Origin: Faecousia sp.
GTDB taxonomy: Bacteria; Bacillota; Clostridia; Oscillospirales; Oscillospiraceae
NCBI GenBank assembly: GCA_045658385.1
Contig: JAZOUW010000030.1
Location: 7,509 to 71,508 of the forward strand
DNA: 64,000 nucleotides
Direction of reading: 5' to 3'
Positions 27,863-39,465 of this stretch are shown here, in pieces. A program made the translations under genes and the position numbers. How positions within the stretch are numbered: the first letter of the stretch is position 1; every line of letters begins with the position of its first letter. Below the pieces are notes generated by a model. That model was not told the DNA's origin, made no database searches, and saw only the letters and a program-made list of their open reading frames with translations.

Positions 27863-28413
27863 GCGTTGATTTTAAGGAATATGGTGTAAGAATGGGCAAG
27901 GCTCTGGACCATTTGGCAGAGGAATTCGGCGCTGTCCGCGCAGGTCGCGCCAATGCAAAAGTTCTGGATAGAATTTCTGTAGAATATTATGGAAGTGAGA
28001 CACCCCTGAACGGCGTTGCAACCATCTCCACGCCTGATGCAAGAACGCTTGTCGTTCAGCCCTGGGATACAAACCTTCTCAAGGATATCCAAAAAGCAAT
28101 TCAGATGAGCGACCTGGGTATTAACCCGCAAAATGACGGCAAAGTGATCCGTCTGGTATTCCCCCAGCTTACGGAGGAGCGCCGCAAGGAACTGACTAAA
28201 CAGGTCAAGAAGTATGCCGAAGAGGCGAAGGTCGCTATGCGCAACATCCGCAGGGACGGCATGGACTATGTTAAAAAGTTGAAGAAAAATTCTGAAATTA
28301 CCGAGGATGAGCAGAAAAAGGCAGAAAAGGATCTGCAGGATATGCTGGATAAGTATATCAAGCAGGTTGATGATGCAACTGCAGCCAAGGAAAAGGAATT
28401 GATGTCCATTTGA
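27859..28413 (+). CDS. frr: Ribosome recycling factor
   Basis: RAGRAN, YYGSETPL, LGINPQNDG, PQLTEERRKEL, RNIRRD. Confidence 0.97.
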   Translation: MSVDFKEYGVRMGKALDHLAEEFGAVRAGRANAKVLDRISVEYYGSETPLNGVATISTPDARTLVVQPWDTNLLKDIQKAIQMSDLGINPQNDGKVIRLVFPQLTEERRKELTKQVKKYAEEAKVAMRNIRRDGMDYVKKLKKNSEITEDEQKKAEKDLQDMLDKYIKQVDDATAAKEKELMSI

Positions 28414-28419
28414 TATTAT

Positions 28420-28441
28420 TTGGGGGCGCTTGCGCCCCCAA
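28420..28441 (+). terminator. Stem-loop after frr
   Basis: TTGGGGGCGC/GCGCCCCCAA inverted repeat. Confidence 0.55.
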
Positions 28442-28467
28442 TATGTTAGTTTGAAAGAGGGATCTTT

Positions 28468-29187
28468 ATGGATCAAACAGAAAAAAAGATAAAGTCACCC
28501 CGCCATGTTGCAATTATAATGGATGGCAATGGCCGTTGGGCAAAAAAACGGGGCTTGCCCCGTAACGCTGGGCATGCGGCCGGTGGCGAAGCGTTTCGAC
28601 GAATTGCCAACTATAGTCGGACGATCGGCATGAAGTATTTAACTGTTTACGCCTTTTCTACGGAAAATTGGAAACGACCTGAAGACGAAATTAACGGTTT
28701 GATGCGCCTTTTGGGTGATTATGTGCGGGAAGCTTTGCGGGATATGGCGAAAAATCATGTCCGGTTTAAGTTTTTTGGGGATTTGAGCCGATTGAGTCCG
28801 GAGCTGGAAAAGCTGTGCCGTGAGGCAGAGGAGCAGTCCGCGCAATATGAAGGGGTTCAGGTGAATTTCTGCTTAAACTACGGTGGTCGTGACGAACTGG
28901 TTACAGCGGCAAAGGCTTTTGCAAAAGATGTTGCCAATGGTAAATATGCAGCAGATGATTTAACGGAGGAACTGCTTTCTTCCTATTTATATTCTGCCGA
29001 TGTTCCTGATCCGGAGTTAATCATTCGACCCTCTGGCGAGATGCGCACCAGTAATTTCCTTCTGTGGCAATCTGCATATTCAGAATATGTCTTTATGGAT
29101 GTTCTTTGGCCGGATTTTGGTCCGGAGGATTTGAATAAGGCGATTGAAGAGTACTGGCGACGCAATCGTCGGTTTGGAGGGGTGTAA
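28468..29187 (+). CDS. uppS: Undecaprenyl diphosphate synthase
   Basis: HVAIIMDGNGRWA, YAFSTENWKRP, NYGGR, RPSGEMRTSNFLLWQ, RRFGG. Confidence 0.96.
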   Translation: MDQTEKKIKSPRHVAIIMDGNGRWAKKRGLPRNAGHAAGGEAFRRIANYSRTIGMKYLTVYAFSTENWKRPEDEINGLMRLLGDYVREALRDMAKNHVRFKFFGDLSRLSPELEKLCREAEEQSAQYEGVQVNFCLNYGGRDELVTAAKAFAKDVANGKYAADDLTEELLSSYLYSADVPDPELIIRPSGEMRTSNFLLWQSAYSEYVFMDVLWPDFGPEDLNKAIEEYWRRNRRFGGV

Positions 29188-29190
29188 GCT

Positions 29191-30006
29191 ATGAAAACGC
29201 GCGTGATTGCTGGCGTTACGCTATTGCCGCTGCTTCTTGCAATCGTTTTGTTTGCCCCAAAGATCTGTACCGCTATTTTGTTTGGGTTGATGGCCGCTAT
29301 TGCAGTTTATGAGCTTATGGTGGGTGCAGGCTTTGTGAAATCCTTGCGTCTTTGCTGCTATAGCGCAGTATTTGCTTTTTGGTGTATGCTGTGGTGTGGC
29401 CTTTCTATTGGTTATGCGTGGCTGCTTTTGGGAATACTGGTATTCTGGGCAGCGATGTTTGCCGAAATGATGATCAGCCAAATGAAGCTGCCTTTTGAGA
29501 AAATTGCGGTTTGCTTTTTTGCAGGTGTGATTTTGCCCCTGCTTTTAGGTTCGCTTGTTCGTATCCACAGCAATGAAAATGGCAGAGTATTTATACTGAT
29601 ACCTTTCGTTTTGGCATTTTTGTCTGATACCGGTGCTTATTTTGCAGGCTTGAAGTTTGGCAAACATAAGCTGGCACCTACGATCAGCCCCAAGAAAACC
29701 ATAGAAGGTGTCGTTGGTGGTGTTTTGGGCGCCACGGTAGGCATGCTGCTTTATGGTTTAATAATGGAAGCGTTTTTCGGCCTTGAGACAAACTACCTCT
29801 ATGCGCTGATTTATGGAATTGTTGGCTCCTTAACGGGCGTGTTCGGTGATTTGTGTTTTTCAGTAATTAAGCGGCAAACCGGGATCAAGGACTATGGAAA
29901 TGTGATTCCCGGTCATGGTGGTATTTTGGATCGTTTTGACTCTATGATGCTTGTAGGACCTGTTGCAGAAGTGATGTTGCTTCTGCTGCCAGTGGCGGTG
30001 AAATAA
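29191..30006 (+). CDS. cdsA: Phosphatidate cytidylyltransferase
   Basis: DTGAYF, ISPKKTIEG, GDLCFSVIKR..GIKDYG..IPGHGGILDRFDS. Confidence 0.95.
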   Translation: MKTRVIAGVTLLPLLLAIVLFAPKICTAILFGLMAAIAVYELMVGAGFVKSLRLCCYSAVFAFWCMLWCGLSIGYAWLLLGILVFWAAMFAEMMISQMKLPFEKIAVCFFAGVILPLLLGSLVRIHSNENGRVFILIPFVLAFLSDTGAYFAGLKFGKHKLAPTISPKKTIEGVVGGVLGATVGMLLYGLIMEAFFGLETNYLYALIYGIVGSLTGVFGDLCFSVIKRQTGIKDYGNVIPGHGGILDRFDSMMLVGPVAEVMLLLLPVAVK

Positions 30007-31160
30007 TGGTTAAATGTTTGAGTATTTTGGGATCTACCGGCTCAATTGGGCGGCAGAGTCTCGATATTGTTGACAATTTGCAGATTCCTGTGTGTGCTTT
30101 AACCGCCGGAACAAATGTGGAAAGAATGGCCCAGCAGTGCCGCAAATACCGTCCGGATTTGGCAGTTATGGCTACTCAGGAGGCTGCTGATCTGCTTGGT
30201 ACGGAATTGTCCGATTTGCCTATCGAAATTGCATGGGGTGAGGAGGGACTGATCCGTGCTGCATCTATGGAGAAAGCGGACTGTGTTATCACGGCTGTGG
30301 TTGGCATGGTCGGCTTGAAACCGACTCTTGCAGCCATTCGCACCGGAAAACGCATTGGTCTTGCCAATAAAGAAACACTGGTTTGCGCCGGTGAACTGGT
30401 AATGGCGGAGGCAAAGAAATATGGCGTGGAGATTATCCCGGTGGACTCCGAGCATTCTGCGATTTTTCAGTGCCTTATGGGCAGTAACGATAAACGGGAG
30501 ATAAAACGTTTGATCTTGACCTGCTCCGGCGGACCGTTTTTTGGCATGGATAAGCAGCAACTTCGCACCGTGAAAAAGGCGGACGCACTGCGGCATCCTA
30601 ACTGGAAGATGGGCGCAAAAATTACTATCGATTGCGCCACCCTAATGAACAAGGGCTTGGAAGTGATTGAGGCTATGCGCCTTTATGATGTTCCGCTGGA
30701 ACAGGTGGATGTGGTGATCCACCGACAAAGCATTGTGCACAGTCTTGTGGAATTTACGGACGGTGCGGTAATGGCCCAGCTGGGAAGTCCGGATATGCGA
30801 TTGCCCATTCAGTTGGCAATGACATATCCTGAAAGAATGGAATGCCCTGCTCCGGCACTGGACTTGCTTTCCTGCGGCGATTTAAACTTCAAGGCGCCGG
30901 ATATGGAAGCGTTTCCTTGTTTGTCGCTTGCCCGCGCCTGCGCCGCTGCAGGGGGTACAGCCTGTCCGGTGATGAATAGCGCTAATGAGCAAGCTGTAGC
31001 AATGTTTTTGCAGGATGAAATTGGCTTTTACGATATTTATGATTTGGTATCAAAAGCTGTAGATGCAGTGTCTTTTGTGAAAAACCCAACGTTAGAGGAA
31101 ATCCTTGCAGCGGATAAAATGGCAAGAGCCGTCGTTGCAGGAACAATGATATCTGTATGA
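30006..31160 (+). CDS. dxr: 1-deoxy-D-xylulose-5-phosphate reductoisomerase
   Basis: ILGSTGSIG, LANKETLV, PVDSEHSAIFQ, HPNWKMGAKITID, MNKGLEVIEA. Confidence 0.97.
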   Translation: MVKCLSILGSTGSIGRQSLDIVDNLQIPVCALTAGTNVERMAQQCRKYRPDLAVMATQEAADLLGTELSDLPIEIAWGEEGLIRAASMEKADCVITAVVGMVGLKPTLAAIRTGKRIGLANKETLVCAGELVMAEAKKYGVEIIPVDSEHSAIFQCLMGSNDKREIKRLILTCSGGPFFGMDKQQLRTVKKADALRHPNWKMGAKITIDCATLMNKGLEVIEAMRLYDVPLEQVDVVIHRQSIVHSLVEFTDGAVMAQLGSPDMRLPIQLAMTYPERMECPAPALDLLSCGDLNFKAPDMEAFPCLSLARACAAAGGTACPVMNSANEQAVAMFLQDEIGFYDIYDLVSKAVDAVSFVKNPTLEEILAADKMARAVVAGTMISV

Positions 31161-31173
31161 ATTGAGGCGTAAT

Positions 31174-32247
31174 ATGAGCGTATTTTTCTCCATTGTATTT
31201 GCTGTTTTCTTGTTTAGTTTGTTGATTTTTGTTCACGAACTGGGTCACTTTGCTGCTGCAAAGCTGTCCGGTGTCCAGGTCAACGAATTCTCCATGTTTA
31301 TGGGTCCTGCCATTGCAAAGTGGCAAAGAGGGGAGACTTTATATGCCATTCGTACGATTCCCGTTGGTGGCTATTGCGCCATGGAAGGAGAGGACGAGGA
31401 TACAGATAATCCTCGCTCTTTTCAGAAGGCAAGCTGGTGGAAACGGCTGATTATTCTGGTTGCCGGTTCATTTATGAATTTTGTGACCGGCGTTTTGATT
31501 GTAGCAGTTGTGCTTTCCTTTCAGCCCGGCTACGCCACTACTGAAGTGACGCAAATTGAACCCTGGAGTTCTGTGATGGAGGGTGATGGCCTGCAGCAAG
31601 GCGATGTTATCTTGGAATTTAACGGAGAAAAGATGCATATTTATGAGGACTTTTCTCTGGCCACTATGCTTCTTGCTGACGGTAATTATGATATTTTAGT
31701 AGAGCGCAACGGTCAAAAGGTGCTTTTGCAGGATGTTTCCATGGTGCGAAAAGCTGTCGATGACGGAAACGGTGGGAAACAGATGCTGTATGGTCTGCAA
31801 TTTGCTTATAAGGAAACAACAGCTGCATCGGTTCCCGGCAGAGTTTTGCCTACGGCATTGAACTATGTAAAGTCTGTGTTTGTCAGTTTGCGTATGTTGT
31901 TTTCCGGCATGGCGGGTCTGCAGGATATGACAGGGCCTGTGGGCATTGTTCAAATCATGTCTGAAAGTGCTTCTGCTGCGCAGAGTGCCGGTGGTGCGCT
32001 TTTGAACATGCTGTATTTTGGCGGTTTTATCGCCATTAATCTGGCTGTTATGAATATGCTGCCGATTCCGGCTTTGGATGGTGGACGTGTTTTAGCACTG
32101 CTGCTGGTAACGGCTGTTGAATCGGTCACACAAAAGAAAATTAATCCCAAGTACGAGGGGTATATCCACGGAATCGGAATGATTTTACTGCTCGTCTTTA
32201 TGGCAGTAATCATGTTGAAAGATATCGTTGTAATCTTTAAGGGGTAA
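31174..32247 (+). CDS. rseP: RIP metalloprotease RseP/RasP (M50, PDZ)
   Basis: HELGH, IPVGGYCAMEGE, NMLPIPALDGG. Confidence 0.93.
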   Translation: MSVFFSIVFAVFLFSLLIFVHELGHFAAAKLSGVQVNEFSMFMGPAIAKWQRGETLYAIRTIPVGGYCAMEGEDEDTDNPRSFQKASWWKRLIILVAGSFMNFVTGVLIVAVVLSFQPGYATTEVTQIEPWSSVMEGDGLQQGDVILEFNGEKMHIYEDFSLATMLLADGNYDILVERNGQKVLLQDVSMVRKAVDDGNGGKQMLYGLQFAYKETTAASVPGRVLPTALNYVKSVFVSLRMLFSGMAGLQDMTGPVGIVQIMSESASAAQSAGGALLNMLYFGGFIAINLAVMNMLPIPALDGGRVLALLLVTAVESVTQKKINPKYEGYIHGIGMILLLVFMAVIMLKDIVVIFKG

Positions 32248-32250
32248 ATT

Positions 32251-33288
32251 ATGTCAAGACAGATAAAAGTAGGAAATGTTACTATCGGCGGCGGCGCGCC
32301 GGTGGTGATTCAGTCTATGCTGAACACGAAGACAACTGATGTTGCGGGCTCTTTGGCACAAATTCAGAAACTAAAGTCTGCCGGTTGCCTAATTGCGCGC
32401 CTGGCGGTTCCCAATAAAGATGCGGCAAAGGCATTTGCTGAAATTTGCAAGGAATCTCCTCTGCCGCTTGTTGCAGATATTCATTTTGACTATAAGCTTG
32501 CATTGGCTGCAGCCGAGGGTGGCGCATCAAAAATCCGCATCAATCCCGGCAATATTGGCGGGGAAGATCGGGTTCAAGCTGTTGTTGAGGCGTGCAAAGA
32601 CAAGAAAATTCCTATTCGCATTGGCGTTAATGGCGGCAGTTTGGATAAAAAATTATTGGAAAAGTACGGTCATCCCACTGCCGATGCCTTGGTGGAGAGC
32701 GCTTTTGATCATCTGGAGCTTTTGGAAAAGTTTGGATTTTATGATACTTGTGTTTCCATGAAGTCGTCTAATGTGCCGACAATGGTGGCTGCAGCCAGAT
32801 TATTCCACAGCCAATGTGATTATCCGATACATATTGGCGTAACGGAGACCGGTCCGGTGCGCATGGGACTTATGAAATCTGCTATGGGTATCGGGGCATT
32901 GCTGTTAGACGGCATTGGTGACACCATTCGCGTCAGCCTTACGGATGATCCAGTGGAGGAAGTGTACGCAGCAAAGGATATTTTGAAAGCCGCAGGACTC
33001 CGGAAAGAGGGCGTTAACATCATTTCCTGCCCAACCTGCGGAAGAACGAATATTGATTTGATTGGGCTTGTAAATCAGGTGGAAGCTGCACTTAAGGACT
33101 GCGAAAAGCCGATTACTGTGGCGGTTATGGGCTGTATTGTTAACGGACCTGGTGAAGCAAGAGAGGCAGACATCGGTATTGCCGGTGGTGATGGTTGCGG
33201 TATGCTGTTTGCCAAAGGACAGCAGATTGAAAAATTGCCCTACGATCAGCTTTTGCCGGCATTACTGAAGAAAATTGACGAATTTTGA
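32251..33288 (+). CDS. ispG: HMBPP synthase
   Basis: IQSM, PLVADIHFD, RINPGNIG, RIGVNGGSL, SCPTCGR, MGCIVNGPGEA. Confidence 0.97.
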   Translation: MSRQIKVGNVTIGGGAPVVIQSMLNTKTTDVAGSLAQIQKLKSAGCLIARLAVPNKDAAKAFAEICKESPLPLVADIHFDYKLALAAAEGGASKIRINPGNIGGEDRVQAVVEACKDKKIPIRIGVNGGSLDKKLLEKYGHPTADALVESAFDHLELLEKFGFYDTCVSMKSSNVPTMVAAARLFHSQCDYPIHIGVTETGPVRMGLMKSAMGIGALLLDGIGDTIRVSLTDDPVEEVYAAKDILKAAGLRKEGVNIISCPTCGRTNIDLIGLVNQVEAALKDCEKPITVAVMGCIVNGPGEAREADIGIAGGDGCGMLFAKGQQIEKLPYDQLLPALLKKIDEF

Positions 33289-33296
33289 GGAAAGAC

Positions 33297-36200
33297 ATGA
33301 GTGAGCAGATCACATTCTTAAATATGTTCGCGCAGTACCAGCCGTCTGAGACGCTTTTTGAAGCATTGAATCAGACGGCCGTTCTTGCTGCAGACATTGA
33401 TCCCGCATCCCGCTGGATATCTGTTAAGATTTACAGCGACTGCTATATTCCACAGCGCCTTTTGAATCAGATATCTCATGAAATTTGTGCAGTGTATGGC
33501 TTGCGTGGCATGACCCTGACTGGGGTGCATCCTGCTCATCAAATTATTGAAATTGAACCGGAAGAATTACTGTCGCTTTTTGTGGAAAGCAATTCGATGA
33601 CCCGGGGCAGTCTTGCCGGCGCAAATTGGCGCTGGGAAGGGGAAACCTTGCACATTGACCTGCAGACAAACGGAGTGGCTGTGCTTACCGAATGCGTTCC
33701 CAAAGTCAAAATGGCACTGCGGGAGCGGTTTGATACGGATGTGGAGATTGAAATCCATGCCGGCGAGGTCCTTGAGGGTCAGCAACTGCTGGATGCTATG
33801 GAGAAAATGCGCAGCAGTATGTTGGACGAACTGCCAAAACCGACATACCAACCGAAAAAAGAACAGACAAGGGAAAATGATGCTATTTATGGTAGACCCT
33901 TTAAAGGAACACCGGTGCCGATGGATGAGATTTCTCTGGATATGGGCACAATTGTTGTGGAAGGAAAGGTGTTCAGCAGCAAGGATGACCATAAAGACCT
34001 GACCAAACGCAATGCAAAGGTCATAAACTTTGATATCACGGACAACCGTGGCGCTGTGCGTGTCAGCCGATTCCTGGAAAATAAGGAAGCCGACCCCATT
34101 CTGGAAAAGGTGAAGACCGGCTCTGTGATTCGCGTGCAGGGCAGACTGCAGGTGGATAATTTTACGAACGAAATTGTTCTCAAGCCCGTTGCGATTATGC
34201 CCGGCTCGATGCCAAAACGGGAGGATACTGCCGCTGGACAGAAGCGTGTTGAGCTGCATCTACATACCCGCATGAGCATGATGGATGCTTTGACCAAGAC
34301 GGAGGATGCCATTAAACAGGCTGCAGCCTGGGGACATAAGGCCATTGCCATTACGGATCATGGTTGTGTGCAGTCTTTTACGGATGCATTACATGCTGTG
34401 GAAGCGCGGGGTGGCGGGCCGAAGGTTGCCGGCACGGATCAGGTTATCAAGATCCTCTATGGTTGCGAGGGCTATTATATTAACGATGTGGACGATCGTT
34501 TGGCGGTCCATGGTGAAGCAAATATGCGCTTTGATGAGGAGTATGTTGCTTTTGATCTGGAAACTACCGGCCTTTTCCGTCAGGACACCATTATTGAAAT
34601 TGGCGCTATCCGGATGAGGAACGGTGAGGAGATCGACCGATTCCAAACCTTTGTGGATCCCCACCGCAATTTGCATCCCAAGACAGTGGAATTGACCGGC
34701 ATTACGGACGAGATGCTCCGTGGCGCGCCGGATATAGTCCAGGCGTTGGCGGAATTTAAAGAATTTGTAGGCTGCAGTGTGTTGGTTGCGCACAATGCGG
34801 ACTTTGATGTGAATTTTGTCCGTCGGGCTTGTCAGGAACTTGGAATCCAGTGGGATATGACAAGCGTTGATACGCTGACAATTTCCCAGAACATGCTTCC
34901 CGAGCTGCATAAATTCAGTTTGGACATAGTGGCAAAGCACTTTAAGTTGGATGATTTCAATCACCATCGCGCTGGAGACGATGCGCTTGTTTGTGGCAAG
35001 ATTGCAGGCAGGTTGTTTGAAATGCTTCAACAAATAGGTGTCTTGGATGTGCAATCCATCAATAAGGCAATGGAGCCTTTACGCCCTGAATTCCGGCGAA
35101 ATCATCCCACTGCCATGCGTTGCCAGCATATCGTTTTGTTTGCGAAGAACCAAATGGGTCTGCGTAATCTCTACCAGTTAATTTCTGAAGCAAATCTTTA
35201 TCACTTTAAACGGTTCCCCAGAATTTTTAAGTCAGAATTGCTGCGCCTTCGTGAAGGGTTAATTATTGGCTCGGCCTGCGAGAATAACGAGCTGTTTCAA
35301 GCGGTAGTCAGCGGTAAGGATGACGGGGAGCTGGAACGGCTTGCTTCCTTCTACGATTATTTGGAAGTCCAACCCATTGACAATAACCGATTCATGCTCC
35401 GTCCGCAAAAGGTGGATAAAGACGGCAGGGAAGTTGAGCCCCCCATTGCAGTGAGCGAGGATCAGCTGCGGCAATTTAACCGGGAGATCGTAGCGCTGGG
35501 CGACAAGCTGAATAAGCCGGTTGTGGCTACCGGTGACGTGCATTTTATGAATCCGGAAGATGAACAGTTCCGCCATATTTTGTTGGCATACAAGGGATTT
35601 TCTGATGCAGATCAGCCGAATCCGCTGTATTTCCGTACAACAGATGAGATGTTGGAGGAATTCTGTTATCTGGGTGAGGAAAAAGCGTTGGAGATTGTTT
35701 GCACCAATCCCAACATGATTGCCGACATGTGCGATGAAGTTCGCCCGGTTCCGCATAATCTGTTTGCACCCAAAATTGAGAATTCTGTGGAAGATCTAAA
35801 GCAGCTGGTTTATTCAAAAATGCACCAGCTTTACGGCGAAAATCCTCCGGAATTGATTCAAAAACGTGTGGATGCAGAAATGACAGACATTATTAACTGT
35901 CATTACGATGTTATCTATATGTCTGCCCAGAAATTAGTGCAGAATTCTATGGAAAATGGCTATCTGGTAGGCTCCCGTGGCTCGGTTGGTTCATCAATTG
36001 TGGCCTTTATGTCCGGTATTACAGAGGTCAACTCTTTCCCGCCTCATTATCGCTGCCCCAATCCTGCGTGTAAGCATACTACATTTGATGTGCCAAAAGG
36101 GTATGAATGTGGCGCTGACCTGCCGGATGCAGTTTGCCCGGAATGCGGAACGCCTTACGCGAAAGAGGGCTTTAACATTCCCTTTGAGACCTTCCTTGGC

Positions 36201-37646
36201 TTTGGGGGCGACAAGGTGCCGGATATTGATTTGAATTTCTCCGGCGAATATCAGGCAAAGGCCCACGCATACTGCACGGAAATGTTTGGTAAGTCTCATG
36301 TTTTCCGTGCGGGAACGGTTGGTACTGTTGCAGATAAAACGGCTTATGGCTATGTAAAAAAATATCTGGAGGAACGGGACAGAACAGTCAGCAAGGCAGA
36401 AGAATCCCGTTTAATCCACGGATGTATGGATGTACGGCAGACAACCGGTCAGCACCCGGGTGGTCTTGTGGTTATTCCCCAGGAAAATGAAATCTGGGAT
36501 TTCTGTCCGGTACAGCATCCGGCTGATGACCCCGACAGCGATCAGATCACGACCCATTTTGAATATCACTCCATGGAAGAAAATCTCCTGAAGCTGGATA
36601 TGTTGGGGCATGACGACCCTACAATGATCCGCAAAATGGAGGATATGACCGGTGTAGATGCCAAGACTATCCCCTTGGATGATAAAGATACAATGTCACT
36701 ATTTACATCTTCCAAGATTTTGGGGTACGAGGATGACCCGATTCTTGGACCTACCGGTGCCGTGGCTGTGCCTGAATTTAACACGCGTTTTACCCGTGAG
36801 GTACTGCTGGATACCAAGCCTACAAAGTTTGACTTTTTGGTGCGAATTTCCGGCTACACCCACGGAACAGATGTGTGGCTGGGAAATGCCAAGGACTTGA
36901 TCGTGTCCGGTACTGCAGCAGTTGACCAAACCATTGGCTGTCGTGACGACATTATGATTTATCTGATTTCCTGTGGTCTTCCCGAAAAAAGGGCATTTAA
37001 GATTATGGAATCTGTCCGAAAGGGTAAGGGTCTGCCGGAAGGCGCAGAAGAAGAAATGATTGCTGCCGGCGTTCCGGAATGGTATATTGATTCTTGTAAG
37101 AAGATCAAGTATCTGTTCCCCAAGGCCCATGCCGTTGCCTATGTTATGATGGCTTTCCGTATTGCCTGGTTTAAGGTCAATCATCCTTTGGCATTTTATT
37201 CTGCTTATTTTTACCGCCGTAGTCAGAAGGGTAATTTTGACTCCGCGCTGATGACCGGTGGACTGGAAGCGGTAAAGGCAAATATCAAGGCAATCGAAGC
37301 AATGGAAAAGCCAACAGCCAAGGATAAGAATCTGTTGATTACGTTAGAAGTGGCGTACGAGTATTTCCTTCGTGGCTTTGAATTCTTGCCCATTGATATT
37401 TATAAAAGTGATGCGCTGAACTTTTTGATTGAGGACGGAAAATTGCGACCGCCCTTTGTGGCTGTTGCAGGTCTGGGTGAAAGCGCTGCATTTGACATTG
37501 TGTCAGGCAGAGAAGGCAGGCAGTTTATGTCCATTGAGGAGTTTAGCGTATATTGCCCCAAGGTGTCGAAAACCCACATCCAAATGCTGAAGGATTCCGG
37601 CGCATTTGGTTCGCTGCCGGAGACCAATCAGGTTAGCTTGTTCTAA
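33297..37646 (+). CDS. polC: DNA polymerase III PolC-type
   Basis: [14 protein letters not shown] domain, FDLETTG exonuclease, [26 protein letters not shown]. Confidence 0.97.
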   Translation: MSEQITFLNMFAQYQPSETLFEALNQTAVLAADIDPASRWISVKIYSDCYIPQRLLNQISHEICAVYGLRGMTLTGVHPAHQIIEIEPEELLSLFVESNSMTRGSLAGANWRWEGETLHIDLQTNGVAVLTECVPKVKMALRERFDTDVEIEIHAGEVLEGQQLLDAMEKMRSSMLDELPKPTYQPKKEQTRENDAIYGRPFKGTPVPMDEISLDMGTIVVEGKVFSSKDDHKDLTKRNAKVINFDITDNRGAVRVSRFLENKEADPILEKVKTGSVIRVQGRLQVDNFTNEIVLKPVAIMPGSMPKREDTAAGQKRVELHLHTRMSMMDALTKTEDAIKQAAAWGHKAIAITDHGCVQSFTDALHAVEARGGGPKVAGTDQVIKILYGCEGYYINDVDDRLAVHGEANMRFDEEYVAFDLETTGLFRQDTIIEIGAIRMRNGEEIDRFQTFVDPHRNLHPKTVELTGITDEMLRGAPDIVQALAEFKEFVGCSVLVAHNADFDVNFVRRACQELGIQWDMTSVDTLTISQNMLPELHKFSLDIVAKHFKLDDFNHHRAGDDALVCGKIAGRLFEMLQQIGVLDVQSINKAMEPLRPEFRRNHPTAMRCQHIVLFAKNQMGLRNLYQLISEANLYHFKRFPRIFKSELLRLREGLIIGSACENNELFQAVVSGKDDGELERLASFYDYLEVQPIDNNRFMLRPQKVDKDGREVEPPIAVSEDQLRQFNREIVALGDKLNKPVVATGDVHFMNPEDEQFRHILLAYKGFSDADQPNPLYFRTTDEMLEEFCYLGEEKALEIVCTNPNMIADMCDEVRPVPHNLFAPKIENSVEDLKQLVYSKMHQLYGENPPELIQKRVDAEMTDIINCHYDVIYMSAQKLVQNSMENGYLVGSRGSVGSSIVAFMSGITEVNSFPPHYRCPNPACKHTTFDVPKGYECGADLPDAVCPECGTPYAKEGFNIPFETFLGFGGDKVPDIDLNFSGEYQAKAHAYCTEMFGKSHVFRAGTVGTVADKTAYGYVKKYLEERDRTVSKAEESRLIHGCMDVRQTTGQHPGGLVVIPQENEIWDFCPVQHPADDPDSDQITTHFEYHSMEENLLKLDMLGHDDPTMIRKMEDMTGVDAKTIPLDDKDTMSLFTSSKILGYEDDPILGPTGAVAVPEFNTRFTREVLLDTKPTKFDFLVRISGYTHGTDVWLGNAKDLIVSGTAAVDQTIGCRDDIMIYLISCGLPEKRAFKIMESVRKGKGLPEGAEEEMIAAGVPEWYIDSCKKIKYLFPKAHAVAYVMMAFRIAWFKVNHPLAFYSAYFYRRSQKGNFDSALMTGGLEAVKANIKAIEAMEKPTAKDKNLLITLEVAYEYFLRGFEFLPIDIYKSDALNFLIEDGKLRPPFVAVAGLGESAAFDIVSGREGRQFMSIEEFSVYCPKVSKTHIQMLKDSGAFGSLPETNQVSLF

Positions 37647-37659
37647 AGGAGAAAGGAAT

Positions 37660-38424
37660 ATGCAAGATATTGGTATGCAATATCATATTCACTGCAAGGC
37701 AGGGGATGTTGGACGTTATTGTTTCTTGCCCGGTGACCCGGGTCGCTGCGAAGCCATTGCCCAACATTTTGAAAATGCTGTGCATGTTGGATCCAACCGT
37801 GAGTATAACATTTATACCGGATATCTGATGGGTCAAAAGGTCTCTGTTTGCTCAACGGGTATCGGCGGCCCATCAGCGGCAATTGCCATGGAAGAACTGG
37901 CGGCTATTGGTGTGGACACATTTATCCGGGTTGGCACTTGCGGCGGAATCGCTATGGACGTTTTGCCTGGTGATGTAATTGTAGCAACCGGAGCAATTCG
38001 ATATGAGCATACGTCATTGGAATATGCGCCTATCGAATTTCCTGCTGTGCCGGACTTCTCTGTTACTGCGGCTTTGAAGGCTGCGGGTGAGAGCTTGGGT
38101 TATCACACGCATACCGGTATTGTGCAATGCAAGGACGCCTTCTATGGTCAGCACAGTCCGGAAAAATCTCCGGTATCCTATGAGCTTTTGCAAAAATGGG
38201 AAAGCTGGAAGCGTCTGGGTGTGAAGGCAAGTGAAATGGAATCTGCCGCATTGTTTGTTGTGGCGGCAGCTTTGGGTGTTCGCTGTGGCAGCTGTTTCCA
38301 TGTGGTTTGGAATCAAGAACGGGAAAAGGCCGGTCTTGCTCAACCAATGACGGAAGATACCTCCGGGGCAATATTGGTGGGTATTGAGGCAATGAAAGCG
38401 ATCATTTCACAAGATGTTAAATAA
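37660..38424 (+). CDS. udp: Uridine phosphorylase
   Basis: [45 protein letters not shown]; ATG 37660 after GAAAGGA. Confidence 0.92.
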   Translation: MQDIGMQYHIHCKAGDVGRYCFLPGDPGRCEAIAQHFENAVHVGSNREYNIYTGYLMGQKVSVCSTGIGGPSAAIAMEELAAIGVDTFIRVGTCGGIAMDVLPGDVIVATGAIRYEHTSLEYAPIEFPAVPDFSVTAALKAAGESLGYHTHTGIVQCKDAFYGQHSPEKSPVSYELLQKWESWKRLGVKASEMESAALFVVAAALGVRCGSCFHVVWNQEREKAGLAQPMTEDTSGAILVGIEAMKAIISQDVK

Positions 38425-38428
38425 AATC

Positions 38429-38456
38429 ATATCCCCTGGCATAGGCCAGGGGATAT
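38429..38456. terminator. Bidirectional terminator between convergent udp and EamA genes
   Basis: ATATCCCCTGGC-atag-GCCAGGGGATAT. Confidence 0.8.
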
Positions 38457-39359
38457 TTATGCTTTTACTTTTCTTTTTACCGGGATTTGTGAGAGAATTA
38501 CAGCAATGAACAAAAGAATGCAGCCGATCGTTTCCCAAAAAGTCATGGTTTCACCCAAAATCATCGTCGCAAATACAACTGCGAAAACAGACTCCAGACT
38601 CATAATTAAAGATGCCGCTGTAGGCTCCAAATGCTTTTGTCCCAGAATTTGCAGCGCGTAGCCTGCGCCCATAGACAGAAAACCCACATGTATTAATGGA
38701 ATTGTACTGCGGAGGATTCCATCGCCAGTGGGTTTTTCGAAAAACAGCATCAGCACACAGGATAATACTGCGCAAACAAACGATTGGATGGTATTCAGCC
38801 GCAGAGCATCCACAGAACCGGCAAATAAATCAACGAAGGTAATTTGTATGGCAAACATAAGCGCGCAGCCTAGAGTGAGCAGATCGCCTGTGTTGATTCG
38901 GGTAGCGCCAACGCAGCTAAGGCAATACAAACCAACAACCGCAAGTAAAACGCTAATGGGCACAAGAATGGACGGCTTTCTTTTTAAAAAGATACCGATT
39001 ATAGGTACGATCACAATATACATTGCGGTGAGAAAACCGGATTTTCCGGCATCCGTATCCATAAGACCCATCTGTTGCATGTTACATGCAAGAAAGAGTG
39101 GAATACCGCAAAGTAGACCGGCTTTCCAAAGCTTAAGATCACACCACCGGCTCCAGAAGGTTTTCCTGTCTTTTTGAAAACGGTCTGTAAACGCAATTAC
39201 TAAAAGTAAACCGATGACTGCAAGAAAACACCGTATTGCCTGGAAGGCAAAAGGTCCCATATTATCCATCGCAACGCTCTGGGATACAAAGGCTGAACCC
39301 CATATAATTGTTGCAAGAAGTAAAAAAGCGCTGCCGCGCAACTGTTTATTCATTTTCAT
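38457..39359 (-). CDS. DMT/EamA family transporter
   Basis: ATIIWGSAFVSQ, GKSGFLTAMYIV, GDLLTL, ASLIMSLESVFA; ten TM segments. Start may be 39353. Confidence 0.9.
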   Translation of the reverse strand: MKMNKQLRGSAFLLLATIIWGSAFVSQSVAMDNMGPFAFQAIRCFLAVIGLLLVIAFTDRFQKDRKTFWSRWCDLKLWKAGLLCGIPLFLACNMQQMGLMDTDAGKSGFLTAMYIVIVPIIGIFLKRKPSILVPISVLLAVVGLYCLSCVGATRINTGDLLTLGCALMFAIQITFVDLFAGSVDALRLNTIQSFVCAVLSCVLMLFFEKPTGDGILRSTIPLIHVGFLSMGAGYALQILGQKHLEPTAASLIMSLESVFAVVFATMILGETMTFWETIGCILLFIAVILSQIPVKRKVKA

Positions 39360-39465
39360 CACCGAGCAATACTTTAGCATATTTTGGACATATTTGCAAG
39401 TGGCGTATGTTTGCTTTTTTAGTATTTCGTGTTATAATAAACAAAAGCAATTCTGGAGGAACTCT

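Noticed and set aside
33297-37646. Possible intein or insertion in polC
   Set aside because: Length (~1450 aa) and motif order are normal; only short loop insertions were seen
39214-39465. Long N-terminal extension of pepF in the ORF track
   Set aside because: It overlaps the divergent EamA gene; the GGAGG RBS and a promoter (TATAAT 39433) support ATG 39466
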